From Mobula hypostoma (Eukaryota), in assembly GCF_963921235.1 (NCBI RefSeq), contig NC_086097.1, positions 155,250,001-155,314,000 of the forward strand: a stretch of DNA of 64,000 nt, given 5' to 3'. Below are positions 48,715-62,071 of the stretch, in pieces. Made by a program: the position numbers and the translations under genes. Position 1 is the first letter of the stretch. Each line of letters opens with the position of its first letter. The notes beneath the pieces were generated by a model. It made no database searches, was not told the DNA's origin, and saw only the letters and a program-made list of their open reading frames with translations.

Positions 48715-51020
48715 AGATCTTCCTTTCAATCTTTTTTTATTGATTTAAAAGAATAAGGATAAATACAAACCAGAAGAGAGGTTATCACAAATACATATAT
48801 CAATAACAGTACAAACATAGAAAGGAATATACACTGTCAAAATCATAGATAGTATTAAGCTAATATAAAGAGAACCACTTCTCCTCTTAACAGTTCATAG
48901 GAAAAAAAGAGTCAAGATTTCCTGTTATTGAGAAAAAAAACCACTAAACTAACCTAAAACAAAAAAAAAAGGGGGACTGGGCAGTCCATTTTGAGGATAC
49001 AGTTAAAGGGAAAATCCTTCTGATCAAATCTAAACCTTTGCAGAGAAAAAAAATTAACTGGAAAAGTAAAAAGAATTAGATCATATGAAAATATTGAATA
49101 AAAGGTTTGCTCAGATTTAAGAGATGTATCAAATGTCCGACTCCTGATTTTCTCCAAAGTTAAACAAGACATAATGGAGAGCCAAAAAAAAACAGTAGGT
49201 GCATCCTTCCAGTACAATAGAATAGCTCTCCTAACCAATAAAGTTCAGAAAGCTATAATTCGTTAAGCGGAAGCGGGAACGTTTTCTGCTTCCATTGGAA
49301 TAATCCCAAAGATTGCCGTAAGTGAATTAGGTTGTAGGTCCAGACTTACAACTTCTGATATCGTTCTAAAAACATCTCTCCAAAAGTTATTTAACTTTAT
49401 GCAGGACCAAAACACGAGTTGAAGTGGCCACCTCAGTATTGCATCTATCACAAGTAGGATTTATATTAGAAAAAATATGTGCGAGTTTATCTTTTGACAT
49501 ATGCGCCCTGTGCACTACCTTGAACTGAATCAAGGAGTGACGGGCACAATTAGGTGAATTATTAACTAAATGACAAATTTTATTCCATTGATTATCTGAA
49601 AGTCACTCTTGAAGTTCCAATTCCCAAGCATGTTTAACCTTATCATCAGACATCATTTGTAAATTCAATAGCCGTTTATATATGATGGCTATAAATCCTT
49701 TTTGGAATGGCTTAAGCTTAAAGATAACATCTATCATATTTGGTAAATGAGCAAATGGGTAATTCGGTAACAAACCGTGTAAAAAAATTCCTAACTTCTG
49801 AATACCTAAAAAAATTGTGCATTAGATAAATCATATTTGTCCACTAGCTGACAGAAAGACATTAAACAATCCTCTAAAAACAAATCTAGATAAGTTATTA
49901 TTCCCTTAGTTTTCCATGTTAAAAAGGCCTTATCTAAAATTGATGGTTTAAAAAAATAATTAAAATGGATATTACTAGAAAGAACAAAGATATTTAAGTC
50001 AAAATACCAAGATAGGTAAAATAATTTTAGCAATATTAAAAGGTATTTGATCATATTGATCTTAATAATTATTAATAGGAAATACTTCACTTTAAGGTAA
50101 ATTTAACTTGTATCCAGAGAAAGTACTGAATTCAGTAAATATGGATAACATAGAAGGAACAGATTTCCTAGGGTCTGAGATGTAAACTAATAAGTCATTT
50201 GCGTAGAATGAAACGTTATGTCCTTTATTCCCTTTCTTAATACCCTGAACAGAGTTGGAATCCTTAAGAGCGATAGTAAGTGGTTCTAAAGCCAAATTAA
50301 ATAATAAAGGACTAAGAGGACAACCCTGATGGGTTCTTCTGTATAGTCTAAAATAAGGAGATTTTTTTATTGTTAGTTATGACCACAGCCATCAGAGCTT
50401 GATACATCAGTCCGATCCAGGAAATAAATCCCGGACCAAAATTAAATCTCTCCAAAACCTGAAATAAATAAGGCCATTCCACCCTATCAAAGGCTTTCTC
50501 TGCATCAAGAGAGACAATACATTTAGATTCTTTAAATGAGGGAGAATAAATAATGTTTAACAATATTTGAATATTAAAATGTGAATACCTATTTTTAATA
50601 AATCCAGTTTGATCATTTCAAATAACAGTATGCAAAATATTCTCAAGCCTACCTATTAGCAGAATCTTAGAGAGAATTTAAAAGTCCATATTCAATAAGG
50701 AAATTGGTCTATAGGAGGCACACTCAGATAGATCTTTTCCTCTTTTAGGAATCAAAGAGATTGATGCCTCATAAAAAGTTTTCAGGAGATTCCCAGAGGA
50801 TATAGAATCAGTGAAAGTTTGCCTGAGATGTGATGTAAGCGTTTCAGTAAATGTCTTATAAAATTCCACCGTATATCCATCTGGTCCTGGAGCTTTCCCT
50901 CGTTGCATAGAGGATATAGCCCGAGCTATTTCCTCTTGTTTAACAGGCACATCTAATGTGTTAATATCTTGAATAGAAATTTTAGGTATATTTAACTTTT
51001 GCAAAAATCTATTCATAAAG
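48715..51020 (-). mobile_element. L1-clade LINE ORF2 (copy B)
   Basis: Duplicate of 10030..12335. Confidence 0.9.
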
Positions 51021-53528
51021 ATAGTGACAAGATCTTCAAGAGGCCTTCCTCAACCCTCCTGGTATCTCCGCACTCCTCCAGTTCTGGACAAATATTCAAC
51101 TACTTCTGGGACAGAGTCATACAGCAGGGAAACAGGCCATTCAGACCATCTTGTCCATGCCAAAGGAGTTGCCCAGTGAGCTGGTTGTATCTGTCTGTAT
51201 TTGGCCCATGGCCCTCTAAACCTCTCCTGTCCATGTACTTATCAAGATGCTTTTAAACAATGCTGATGCCCCCGCCTCAACCACTATCTTGGGTAACTCA
51301 TTGTGAATACACACCACTCGTTGCAGGAAAAGATGCCCCTGATGTACTCTTAGCTATGATCAGAAACCTATCCCTCTTGAAGTAGCACCCTACCCCTGGG
51401 AAAAAAGACTGTGTGCGTTTACTCTGCTTATGACCCTTGTAGTCTGACACGCTTCTTACATGTTGCCTCCTAAATCTCATAGTTTCCAGGGGATAAAATC
51501 TATTTATGCAACCTTTCATCGTAACTCCTGCCCCTAAGTCTAAGCAGCATCCTGGCAAATCTGTTCTGCACTCTTCCCTGTTTAATAATGCAAGACCAAA
51601 ATAGGAGCAGAGTTATGCCATTTGACCCAGCGAGTCTGCTCCACCATGGCTGATCCATTTTCCCTGTAGCCCCATTCTCCTGCCTTCTGCCCATATCCCT
51701 TCTTGTCCTGTAGAATCAAGAATCTGTCAACCGCTCCCTTACCCGTGACAATGAATTCCAGATTCACCACCCTCTGGCAAAAGATATTTTCCCCCACCTC
51801 CATTCTAAAACGACACCCCTCTATTGTGAGGCTTTGTTCTTTGGTCCAAGACTCTCCAACCATAGGAATCATCCTTTTCACATCCACTCTACTGAGGCCT
51901 TTCAACATTCAAGTGGTTTCAATTAGGCCACCCCTCATTCTTCTGATTTCCAGTGAATATAGGCCCAGGGCCATCAAACGCTCTTCACATGACAAGCCAT
52001 TCACAATGGGAATCATTTTCATGAACCTTCTTTGAAGCCTCTCCAGTGTTAGCACATCCTTTCTGAGCCCAAAACTGCTCATAATAATCCAAGTGAGGCC
52101 TCACCAGTGCTTTATGCAGCTTCAACATTAAATCCTTGCTTTTATATTCACATCATCTTGAAATGAACACGCACATCATTCTGCCTTCCTCACCACCGAC
52201 TCAAGCTGCAAATTAAATTTTAGAGAATCATGCACAAGGACTCCCACGTCCTTTGAGCCTCAGACTTCTGAATTTTCTCTCCGTTTAGAAAATATTCTCC
52301 CTTTTTATTTCTTCTACCAAAGTGCATTACCATACATTTCCAGACACTATATACCATCTGCCACTTCCTTGCCCATTCTCTTCATCTGTCTAAGTGCTAC
52401 TATAGCCTCTCCAATTCCTCAACACTACCTGCCCCTCCACCTATCTTCATATTGTCTGCAAATGTAGCCAGAAAGCCATCAGTTCCATTTTGTCAGATAA
52501 GATTTAATTTGGCTGTTTTGACACTGATCAACAGAAAAGACTCTTCCATTTCAAAGTGCCAACAGATCTTAACAAAGTGATCTTCCAGAACCCCGATTCC
52601 AGCCTCAACTTCCAGAAACACGATTCTTCCTCAGGAATTGATCCTTGGCAAAGATCCAAAGGCAAGACCGATCACCAAACAATGGGAGTTCAAACTCTGG
52701 ACTCATCAGTGGTGAACACTGAATGTCTAACTCCATTCTCATCAATTTAGGCATCCAGGGGGTTACTGGAATTCATTCCTCCTGCCAACATAGAACTCAG
52801 ACTCCAGAACCCGCTGACAGCTCTCTGTGAGTACACTGGGGAATTCAAAGGCAGAACATCTGCGAACCTATGAGTCTGCTGGAAGTTATGTTCAGTCTTG
52901 TTCTGTTGAACATTGTGGGAATGCTCTGTTGTCATCACTGTAACTTTTTCTGTACATGCGACTCCAGAGGACCCAGAGAAAACCCATCTATTCCACAGTG
53001 AGAACGTATAGGGACACCTTACAGAGATGGCAGGATTTTAACACCAAAATCCAACTCCCTGAGCTTTAATAATGTCGTATTAACTGCTCTGCGATCACGG
53101 TGTCCTGGTTGTTAACACAAACGACATATTTCACTCCATGTTTCTCTGTACATGCGGGAAATGAAAGAATCTGAATGTGAATGACTAAAGAAGGGAGGGA
53201 GTGAATGACTGAAAGAAGGAAGAGTGAGGAAGAGGATGAATGAGGGAGTGAGCAAGGAAGGGTGAGGTGAGTGAGCAAATGTGCAAGAGAGGGAGTGAAT
53301 ATGAGAGGGCAGAAGGGAGAGTGAGCAAAGCTGAGTGAGTAAGTAACAAAGGGAATGAATATGAGAGGGAAGGATGTGAGTGAGTGAGGGAGGGTATGAT
53401 GGAGGAAGCCAAAAAATGAGGTAATTGGGTGAATGAATGAGCAAGGATGAGAGAGATCGAATGAGTGGACAAGGAATAGAGAGAAGGAATTCAGTGAATG
53501 TGAACTAAGGAAGGGAGAGGGGACCTAC

Positions 53529-53671
53529 CTTTTCTTCAAGGTTCGGCTTCCTTACATCCTCCTGCATTTCAGCAGCCTCATCTTCATCCGAGACCTCGTC
53601 ATTCTCTGAGATGTGAATTCTTCCAATCGATCTACCTTCTTGAGCTTCACCTGGATCTTTCCCTTTAGGTG
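53529..53671 (-). pseudogene. PLCD1: PLC-delta X-Y linker exon, frameshifted (copy B)
   Basis: Duplicate of 14875..15017 (VSDEDEAAEMQEDVRK). Confidence 0.88.
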
Positions 53672-55780
53672 CTGTAGCCATCACAAGACCAAGAAGGAAC
53701 AACTGAGTGAGCACAGAGTCATACAGCACAGCAACAGGCTCTTCAGCCCAACTCCTCCATGCTGACTAAGATTTCCATCTGGACTCACTTGTCAGTGTTT
53801 ACCCTGTAACCCTCTTGAACTTTCCAACCCACGTACCTGCTCAAGTATCTTTTAAGTGTTGTTTATATATTCACTTCCTCACCTGGGAACACATTCCATA
53901 TACTGAGGACACCCTGAGTGAAAAAGCTTCCCCTCAAGTTCCTACTAAATCTCTTACCCTCGCCCCTAAGTCCTGTAGTTCTTGATACCTGAACCCTGGG
54001 TAAAAGAAGCTGGGTCTGCATTCACCCTTTCTATACCCCTCATGATTTTATACACCTTAATAATATTGAGTACACCAAGGATGGCCTGTCCAGGGGTTGG
54101 AGGTGTGTATATGTACATGTCTGTGCGTTAGGAGAGAATCTGATGCTGTGGACTCTTGGCACACCATTGCTGAATCCACTCATTCTCGCACGATCTGAAA
54201 TGTTCCCTTGTTCAGATATACTTTCCATCTCAGGAGCAATGAGTAGTATTTCTGCCTCATTCCAGTGTCAACTTGTGTATCTCCAGAATATATATTTTTA
54301 TTCTCTGTTAATATAATTGTGTTATTATTTTATGTGCTGTATGTGATATATGTACTACGTTTTGCACCCTGGTCCCCGACGAACATTGTTTAATTTGCCT
54401 AATACATGTGCATGGTTAAATGACAATAAAATTGAACTTGAACTTAACCCTGAACTTTCAGGTACCTATATATTTTTACTCCTAGGTCCTTCTGTTCTGC
54501 AGCACTCTCCAGGGTTCTGCCATACACTGTAAAGGTGCTATTCTGGTTTGACTTCCCCAAAAAAAAACATTCATCTAAATTAAACTCCTTGCCATTCCTC
54601 AGACCACATACCCAGCTGATCAAGATCCCTCTGTAAATCCTGATACCATTTTCACTGTGATAGCCAAATCACCATAATATATAGGAGCAGAATTATGCCA
54701 GTCATCGCATTAAGTCTGCTCCATCATTCCATTATGGCTGGTTTGTCGAACATGGAGATGAGGAGGCATTTCTTCAGCCTGACTGTGGTGAATCTCTGGA
54801 ATTTCATTACCACAGGCAACCGTGGAGGCCAAGTCTTACATATATTTAAGGCAGAGGTTGATAGGTCTTGCTCGGTCATGGCATGAAAGGATATGGGGAC
54901 AAGGCAGCAGTTTGGGGCTGAAAGGAAAAAACAATCAGCCATAATGAAATGCCGGCAGACTCGATGGGATAAATACCTCAATTCTGCCCCTATATCTTAT
55001 GGTCTTATGATTATGGGGAGAATGGGGTTGCGGGTTGGGCACTTGGGAATGTGCTGCCTGGGGCAGTAGCAGAGGCAAATACAAAAGAGGCACTTGGAAG
55101 TTTCTTAGGCAGGCAATTGACTCTGCAGAGATTTCAAGAATCTGAGTATTGTGTAAACAGAAGGGATTAGTTTGCTCAGGCATTGAGTTACTCGTTTAAT
55201 TAGTTCAGAACAACATCAGTTCAGGTGGGACAAAGTGCCTGTTCTTGAGTTGTGCTGTTCTACACTCATTGGCTACTTTATTTGGTACACTTGTACACCT
55301 GCTCGTTACTTCAAACATCTAATCAACTAATCACATAGCAGCAACTTAATGCATAAAAGTATGCAGATGTGGTCAAGAGGTTCAGTTATTGTTCAGACCA
55401 AACACCAGAAATTTGAATAAATGTGACCCAAGTGACATCAACTGTTGAATAATTGCTGGTGCCAGGTGGGGTGGTTGGAGCATCTCAGAAATTGAAGATC
55501 TGGTAACATTCATAAGGAGAATGCACATCATTTCTGCGAGTGCACATCTTTTCTCCAAGTGTTCCATTTTCCCTCCCACAGTACAAAGACATACTTGTTA
55601 ATAGGTTAATAGCAACCTATAGGTTAATATTAACTTATTGTAAATTGTCCTACAATTAGGCGGCGTTAAATAGGTGTGTTGTTGGGCAGTGTGCTTGAAG
55701 GGCCAGAAAGACCTATTCCGCGCTGTACCTCTCAATAAAAGTAATTGAATAAATTTAATCATTAAAATACAGTACAGTCC

Positions 55781-55859
55781 CTTGAACAGGTCCACTGCAC
55801 ACATACTGTCCATCTCTATGTTCATCATCTGCATAAACTGCTTCATTTCTTTCAGACTC
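55781..55859 (-). pseudogene. PLCD1: PLC-delta EF-hand exon, 3' part (copy B)
   Basis: SLKEMKQFMQMMNIEMDSMCAVDLFK; NIEMD is closer to PLCD1 NIQVD than copy A is. Confidence 0.72.
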
Positions 55860-56509
55860 CTGCTAAGAGGCTGTTGGGTGCATCAATATGCATCAGTAAC
55901 ACAAACATAACACAAGTCAGGCAGCATCTATGGAAATGAATGAACAGTCGACATTTTGGGACAAGAACCTATATCAGTACTAGAATGATGGGGAAGATGC
56001 CAGAGAAAGGTGGTGGGGATGGGGGAAGCAACACAACCTAGAAGGTGATAATTGAAGACAGTGGCTGGGGAGGGAGGATGAAGTCAACAGCTGGGAGGTG
56101 ATAGGGACAAAAGGCAAAGGGCTGGAGATGAAGGAATGTGATTGGAGAAGAGAGTGGACCATGGATAAAAGGGAAAGAGGTGGGACACTAGGTGATAGGC
56201 AGATGAGGAGGTGGGAAGAGGCCCGAGGGGGGAACTGAAGAGAGGAGAGGAGAGGGAGGGAAAAATACTAGAAGCAGTGAATTCTGATGGAGGGTCTTAG
56301 CTTAAAATCATTTTATAATATTTCTTAGTTACAATAAACCTGATTCTAATTCTGTGCTCCCATACCTTTATGTACCTTATGTACTTCTAAGTCAGGATAC
56401 GTGCCTTGGAGGAGAAGTGGTTCTCATGTCCTGCTGCCTGTGACTTCTATAGGGGGCTGAGCTTTCAGGCCACTGTCAGAGAAGACAATGGCCACTTAGT
56501 ACAAGATAC

Positions 56510-56605
56510 TGGCCAGCTGCTCGCTCGGCTTCATGCCAGAGTTTCTGTTCTTCAGTTTAATAAGGCCATTGTTCCAGTGCTGGGCCTCCTTGGCGCTGTT
56601 GACAA
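56510..56605 (-). pseudogene. PLCD1: PLC-delta PH-domain exon, 3' half (copy B)
   Basis: Duplicate of 17903..17998. Confidence 0.82.
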
Positions 56606-57879
56606 CTGCAGGGATTGGTATTAGGACAGCTTCTTTTCAATTTGTAAGTCAATGATTTGGACGACGGACTTGATTATGTGGCCAAGTTTGCAGACAATGA
56701 TACAAAGATTGGTGGTGGGGGAGGGGGCTGGTAGTATTGAGGAAACAGAGACTCTGCAGAAAGTCTTAGACAGATGAGGAGAATGGGCAAAGAAGTGACA
56801 GATGGCATACCATGTCGGGAAATGTATGGTCATGTAATTTGGTCAAAGGAGTAAGGGCATAGACAATTTTCTGAATGGGATGATAATTAAAGATTCAGAG
56901 GTACAAAGGGATTGGAAGTCCTTCAGGAAGATTCCAAAAGCTTAACTTGCATGTTGAGTCAGTGGTAAGGAAGGCATTCCTTTTCAGAGGAATGGATAGC
57001 ATTCATTTCTAGAGGACAAGAACATAAAAGCAAGGATGTAATGCTGAGGGTCTATGAGGCATTGGTCAAATTACACCAAGTATTGTGAATAGTTTTGGGG
57101 GCCCTAATCTTATAAAAGATGTATGGCATTGGAGAGGATCCAGAAAAGGTTCATGAGAATGATTCTTACGATAAAAGGATTCATATATAGTGGTACTGGG
57201 AAGTTTGTGAACTTTGTAGAATTTTCTCGATTTCTGCATTCTCCTCCTCCGTCTCATGGAGACCGTTCTAACTGGTCGCATCACCCCCTTGCTATCGATG
57301 AGCCACTGCACAAAATTGGAAAAAGCTACTGTGGGTTGTAATCTGACTCATCTTGATCATGGGGTCTAGCCTCCCCAGCATCAAGGACATCTTCAGACAG
57401 TGATGCCTCAAAAATGTGGCATCCATCATTATGAACGCCTAGCACCCAGGACGTGCCCTCTTCTCATTACTACCATCAGGGAGGTAGTACAGGGGTCTCA
57501 AGACAAGCACTCAACATTTTAGGAACAGTTTCTTTCCCTCCAACATCAGATTCTAAAACATTCAATGAACCCATGAGTAATACTTCATATTTTTGCTCTG
57601 TATTGCACTTTATTTATAATTTTAATTTGGAGTATATTTTATGTATTGCACTGTGTTGCTCCCACAAAACCACTAATTTTATATCAATGTCATTGATAAT
57701 CAACATGATGGAGATTTTGAAGTGTAAGAGGCACAGAGAAAAAGCAATACAGGTAAAACATTAATAGAACAGATCATAACGAATCCTATTTACCAGCGTT
57801 TGGCCCATATCCTTCTAAATCTTCCCTATCCATGTATATGTCCAGTCATTTTTCAAAGTTGGTATTGTATCTGGTCTGA

Positions 57880-59080
57880 GGAATACAGGGTAAACAGGAA
57901 GGGGAGAGACGGTTCTGTCCCAGCTGCATCGGTTCCTCTCCCAGGGTGGTGGGGACGGTCGGAGCAGGAGCTACACTTGCAGCAACTGGGGAAGGGAGGC
58001 TGGCTGAGACTGATAAGGTGGACCGTGGGCTTCCCCGAGGAGCGTGGCGACTGGTTCTTTCTCTCAGCCGCTCTTGAAGTCGATTATCTAATCTAGTGGC
58101 TAGCGAGATCAGAGAGAGCAGACAGTCCGGTTCATCCCTCGCTGCCAGTTCATCCTTTATCTTGTCCGAGAGACCCTGTTGAAACACCTCCCGCAGGGCC
58201 TCGTCATTCCACCCTGAGTCTGCGGCGAAGGTCCGGAACTCGATGGAATACCCTGCTACGCTTCGCGAACTCTGACACAGAGTCAGCAAGCGTTTAGCGG
58301 CGTCCTTACCACGAATGGGTTGTTCGAAGACCTTCCTCATTTCAGCAACAAAGGAGGGGAAGGAGGAACAAACCTCTGGTCGGTTATCCCATATCGCGGT
58401 TACCCAAGCCAAGGCATCCCCTTGGAACAGCCCATGATGTACGCAATCTTGGATTTATCTGAAGTGTAGGTACGTGGCTGTAGCTCAAAGACCAGAGAGC
58501 ATTGTAAGAGGAAGGCCCGGAACCTCCCTAGGTCCCCAGCGTAGGGTTCGGGTTCGGGCTGGGGCTCGGGTACACATGGCTCTCAAGGGGACTGTGGTGC
58601 TGATCCAGGGGCGACGCCATCCCGCGCGGTGCAGGTTGGGTAGTCGGGGTTCCTGGCGGGAACGGAAACTCAGTCCACCTGCTCACTGACCTTCTGTACA
58701 TTTGTGGAGAGCGGCCGAAGGTTTTCCGTCACCTCCTTAAGTAGTTGGTCATGGGCGCCCAGTAGGTAGCCCTGGCTGACGAAGGCCTCTTCTACCAGAT
58801 CCGTGTCCGCTGGGTTCATTATGGCCAGTTTGTTCCGTTACACGAGCATGGCGGTGGACGACCCCAAGTGCAGAACACAGGACGGGGGCAGAGTCGGGAG
58901 GCGATATTGCCGTCCCGAGCGTGGAATCGGTTTCCAGTAGAGTCTTTACCCCAAGTCTTGGCTTTGGAGAGAATCCAGGAGCGATGCTGGACTTAGAACC
59001 AGTTACTCACACCGGAGTCAACCAACGAACTGGCAGCTTCTCCTATTTCCGGCGGTTTAGACGCATCTAGGCGTATTACT
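57880..59080 (-). mobile_element. Gypsy gag, truncated (copy B)
   Basis: Duplicate of 19270..20470. Confidence 0.88.
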
Positions 59081-59193
59081 GCCCTCCCGCAGGATGTATA
59101 CTTAATTATAATTCTGCTTGCAAATACTGTATGTGCTCATTAAATAGCAACGCCGCAGATTGTTTTTATATATACACATACACACAATCTCCA

Positions 59194-60410
59194 TTAATTT
59201 CCCACCTCTCCTGCCTGTGAACTGTTCGATCCTCCATTCAGCGTATCTTTGACTATTTCCCACCTAAGCCCTGTAATACCAAGATATTTTTCTGCAGACT
59301 TGACTATAATTTTAGTTTTTTCAGTTCTTTTGTCTGTTTGTACTGAACAATTAATTACATCTACCATAAACAGTACAAAATCCTTCTTACTCATAATTAG
59401 TGTGTCCTTATTTATCATATTTCAACCCTCACAGTTCACCGGTTTATTATTCCCTGTATTTGTTTGCTTGATAGCCTTTATTCCAGCAACTACTTTCACT
59501 GCCTCTACGTAACTGATCCCTTGAGTTACTTTTACATATTGTATCTCAGCTTCTTTCTTGCTAATAATGCACCCTTAATAAGCTACACTTTCCTCACCAC
59601 AATTGCAGCATTTCAGCCTGGCTCCCGCCTCACATTTCCCATATTCATGTTCCCCAGGGCATCTTCCACATCTTTGTTTCCCTCTGCAGACCGCCGCAAC
59701 ATGGCCGAATTTCTGACATTTAAAGCATCTTAAAGGCAGTGGTATATATATTCTGACCTCATAACACATGTACCATAAATAAACTTTAGTCGGCAATCTC
59801 TCTTCATCAAAGTTGATCATAACCAATAAACTATCACACTTTTTCCCATTTCTTGTAAATTTCAAACGTTTGGCCTCAATAATACTTGCTCCTTTCATGT
59901 TCTGTTTAATCTCATCCATAGTAACTTTTGTTGGTATACCTGAACTAATTCCTCCAGTCCACTTTCTATTGTTGGGTATTGAGCATTGTACTTTTTTGCC
60001 ATCTATTTTATTTAATCTCATCACTTTGCCTTGTTGAGCACTGTCCAACAAATCACTAATAGCGATCCATTTCGTGAAATCTTTGCTTTTTTGACTTCAC
60101 CTATAAGTTTGTTGATTATCTTTGTCAAATGAATCGGGTTCCATTCACCAAAAGACGCTCCGTCTTCGCTCAGTGTTATAATTGCTTTAATCTCATCTTC
60201 TTTCCGTTGTTTTGTTATCCTATTTTGTTTGTCCCCTGACTCCTTAGAGTTTGACATCTCATACCTCGGTTTCCTTTCCTCACTCTCTTCATTCCATTCC
60301 TCTATCTCAAACTCACTTTCACTATCCATCAACATGTTCATCCTACAGGATATCTTCTTCATCAACTCAGCAATTACAGCCTCTTTTCCAACTCCACACT
60401 CTCAGCCCCA
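59194..60410 (-). mobile_element. I/Nimb-like ORF1 (copy B)
   Basis: Duplicate of 20586..21800; retains the His in CFKCQKFGH. Confidence 0.8.
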
Positions 60411-62071
60411 GTTCCACGTTCCACTCCCCACTCATTCCAGCAGCTCCTTCTTGTGATCACAGGGTCTTTATCCTGCATTCTCTGAGAGAAAGCAGGTGTG
60501 TGCAGTTAGTGGAACCTGGGAATGATTGGAAATTAAATGAGGGGATTGAGGCCCAATTCCTGAGGTAAATTGTAAGGTGGGGGATTGCCAGAAGGGACCA
60601 TGACACTTATGTTAGAAAGAATGTACTGAAACTGGAGAGGGTTCAAATGTGAATTAAAATGATTCCAGTATGAAATACCTTGTCCAACAAAGAGCATTTG
60701 ATGGCTCTGAGCCTGTATTGACTGGAATTCAGAAGAATGAGGGATGACCTATTGGAAACCTATTGAATGTTGTAAGGTCATGATAAAGTGGATGTGGAGA
60801 GGATGTTTCCTCTAGTTGGACATTCTAGGACCAGAGAACAAAGCCTCAGAGCAGAGGGGTGTCGTTTTAGAATGGAGATGAGGGGGAATTTCTTTAGCCA
60901 GAGTGTTGAATCTATGGAATTTCTTGACACAGGCAGCTGTGGAGGCTAACTCTTTACATATATTTACGGCAGAGGTTGACAGATTCTTGATTGGTTAGGG
61001 CATAAGATGATACAGAGATTGGGGCTGAGAGGAAAAGTGGATCAGCCATGATGAAATGGTGGCACAGACTTGATGGACCAAATGGCCTGATTCTGCTCCT
61101 ATATCTTATGGTCTTCTCCAACAGTGCCCTCGAAGTCCTGACTTAGAAGTACATAAGGTACAGGATTCAGGTTTATTGTCACTGACATAAGTCTTGAAGT
61201 TTGTTTTGCAGTAAGAAATATAAAAAGTAATTTTAAGCCAAGACAGACCCTTCCTCAGGATTCTGTGCTTAAAATTTTCCCCCTCTCCTTCCCCTCTTCT
61301 TCAAATCCCCACTGGCCTCTTACCACTTCACCTCACCTCACTTATGATGGGGGTGTTGAGTAGCCTGAATGCTTGGATAAAGTAACTGTTTTTGAGACTG
61401 TCACTTTTGAATCAGACACACGCACACACACACGCAAACTCTTATCTGAGTCCTTGACTCTCTACGCAACCCGCCCAGTTCTCAGGCCTTCTCACTGTTG
61501 TCAACTCACAGGGAGGAGAGGTTTCTGCAAAGTATTGCCAGCCCCAGTCGCTGGTTATGAACGGCACTCTAACCTGCCCTGATTCCCTGGATACCCACCC
61601 AGAGTTTGCCTCTACTTTCCCCATCCCTCCCCAACCACCCCTGCCTAAAGCCAATGCAGTTCCTGATGGGTTTGTATTTACAAGTTTCGTGTGTCAGGTC
61701 TGCCACTTAGCTCTGAAGCTGCACAAACTGTGGTCTGCCAGTCAGGTAGTCCATGTAACTGCTTATGAGAGCTCAACCAAGAAACGTGACTGCCCTTGAT
61801 AGTTCTGACTGGTAATGTGACATGTCTGGGTGTGTAGTGCATATGTGAATCACAATCTGTTGAAAATCAGCTGCCTTGGTTGTTTGATCCAGGCTGAATC
61901 CCAGTAGGTTCACATGCATCTCCAGCCCTCAGTGGCCACAATTCAGTTACAGTGACATTTGGATGGAGGTAAGGATGAAACTTAAAGTTGTGACAAAGGT
62001 TATTACCATTCTACAGAACATTACAACACTTCAACCATTACAACATTACAACCGTGGTAGTAGGGGACTCC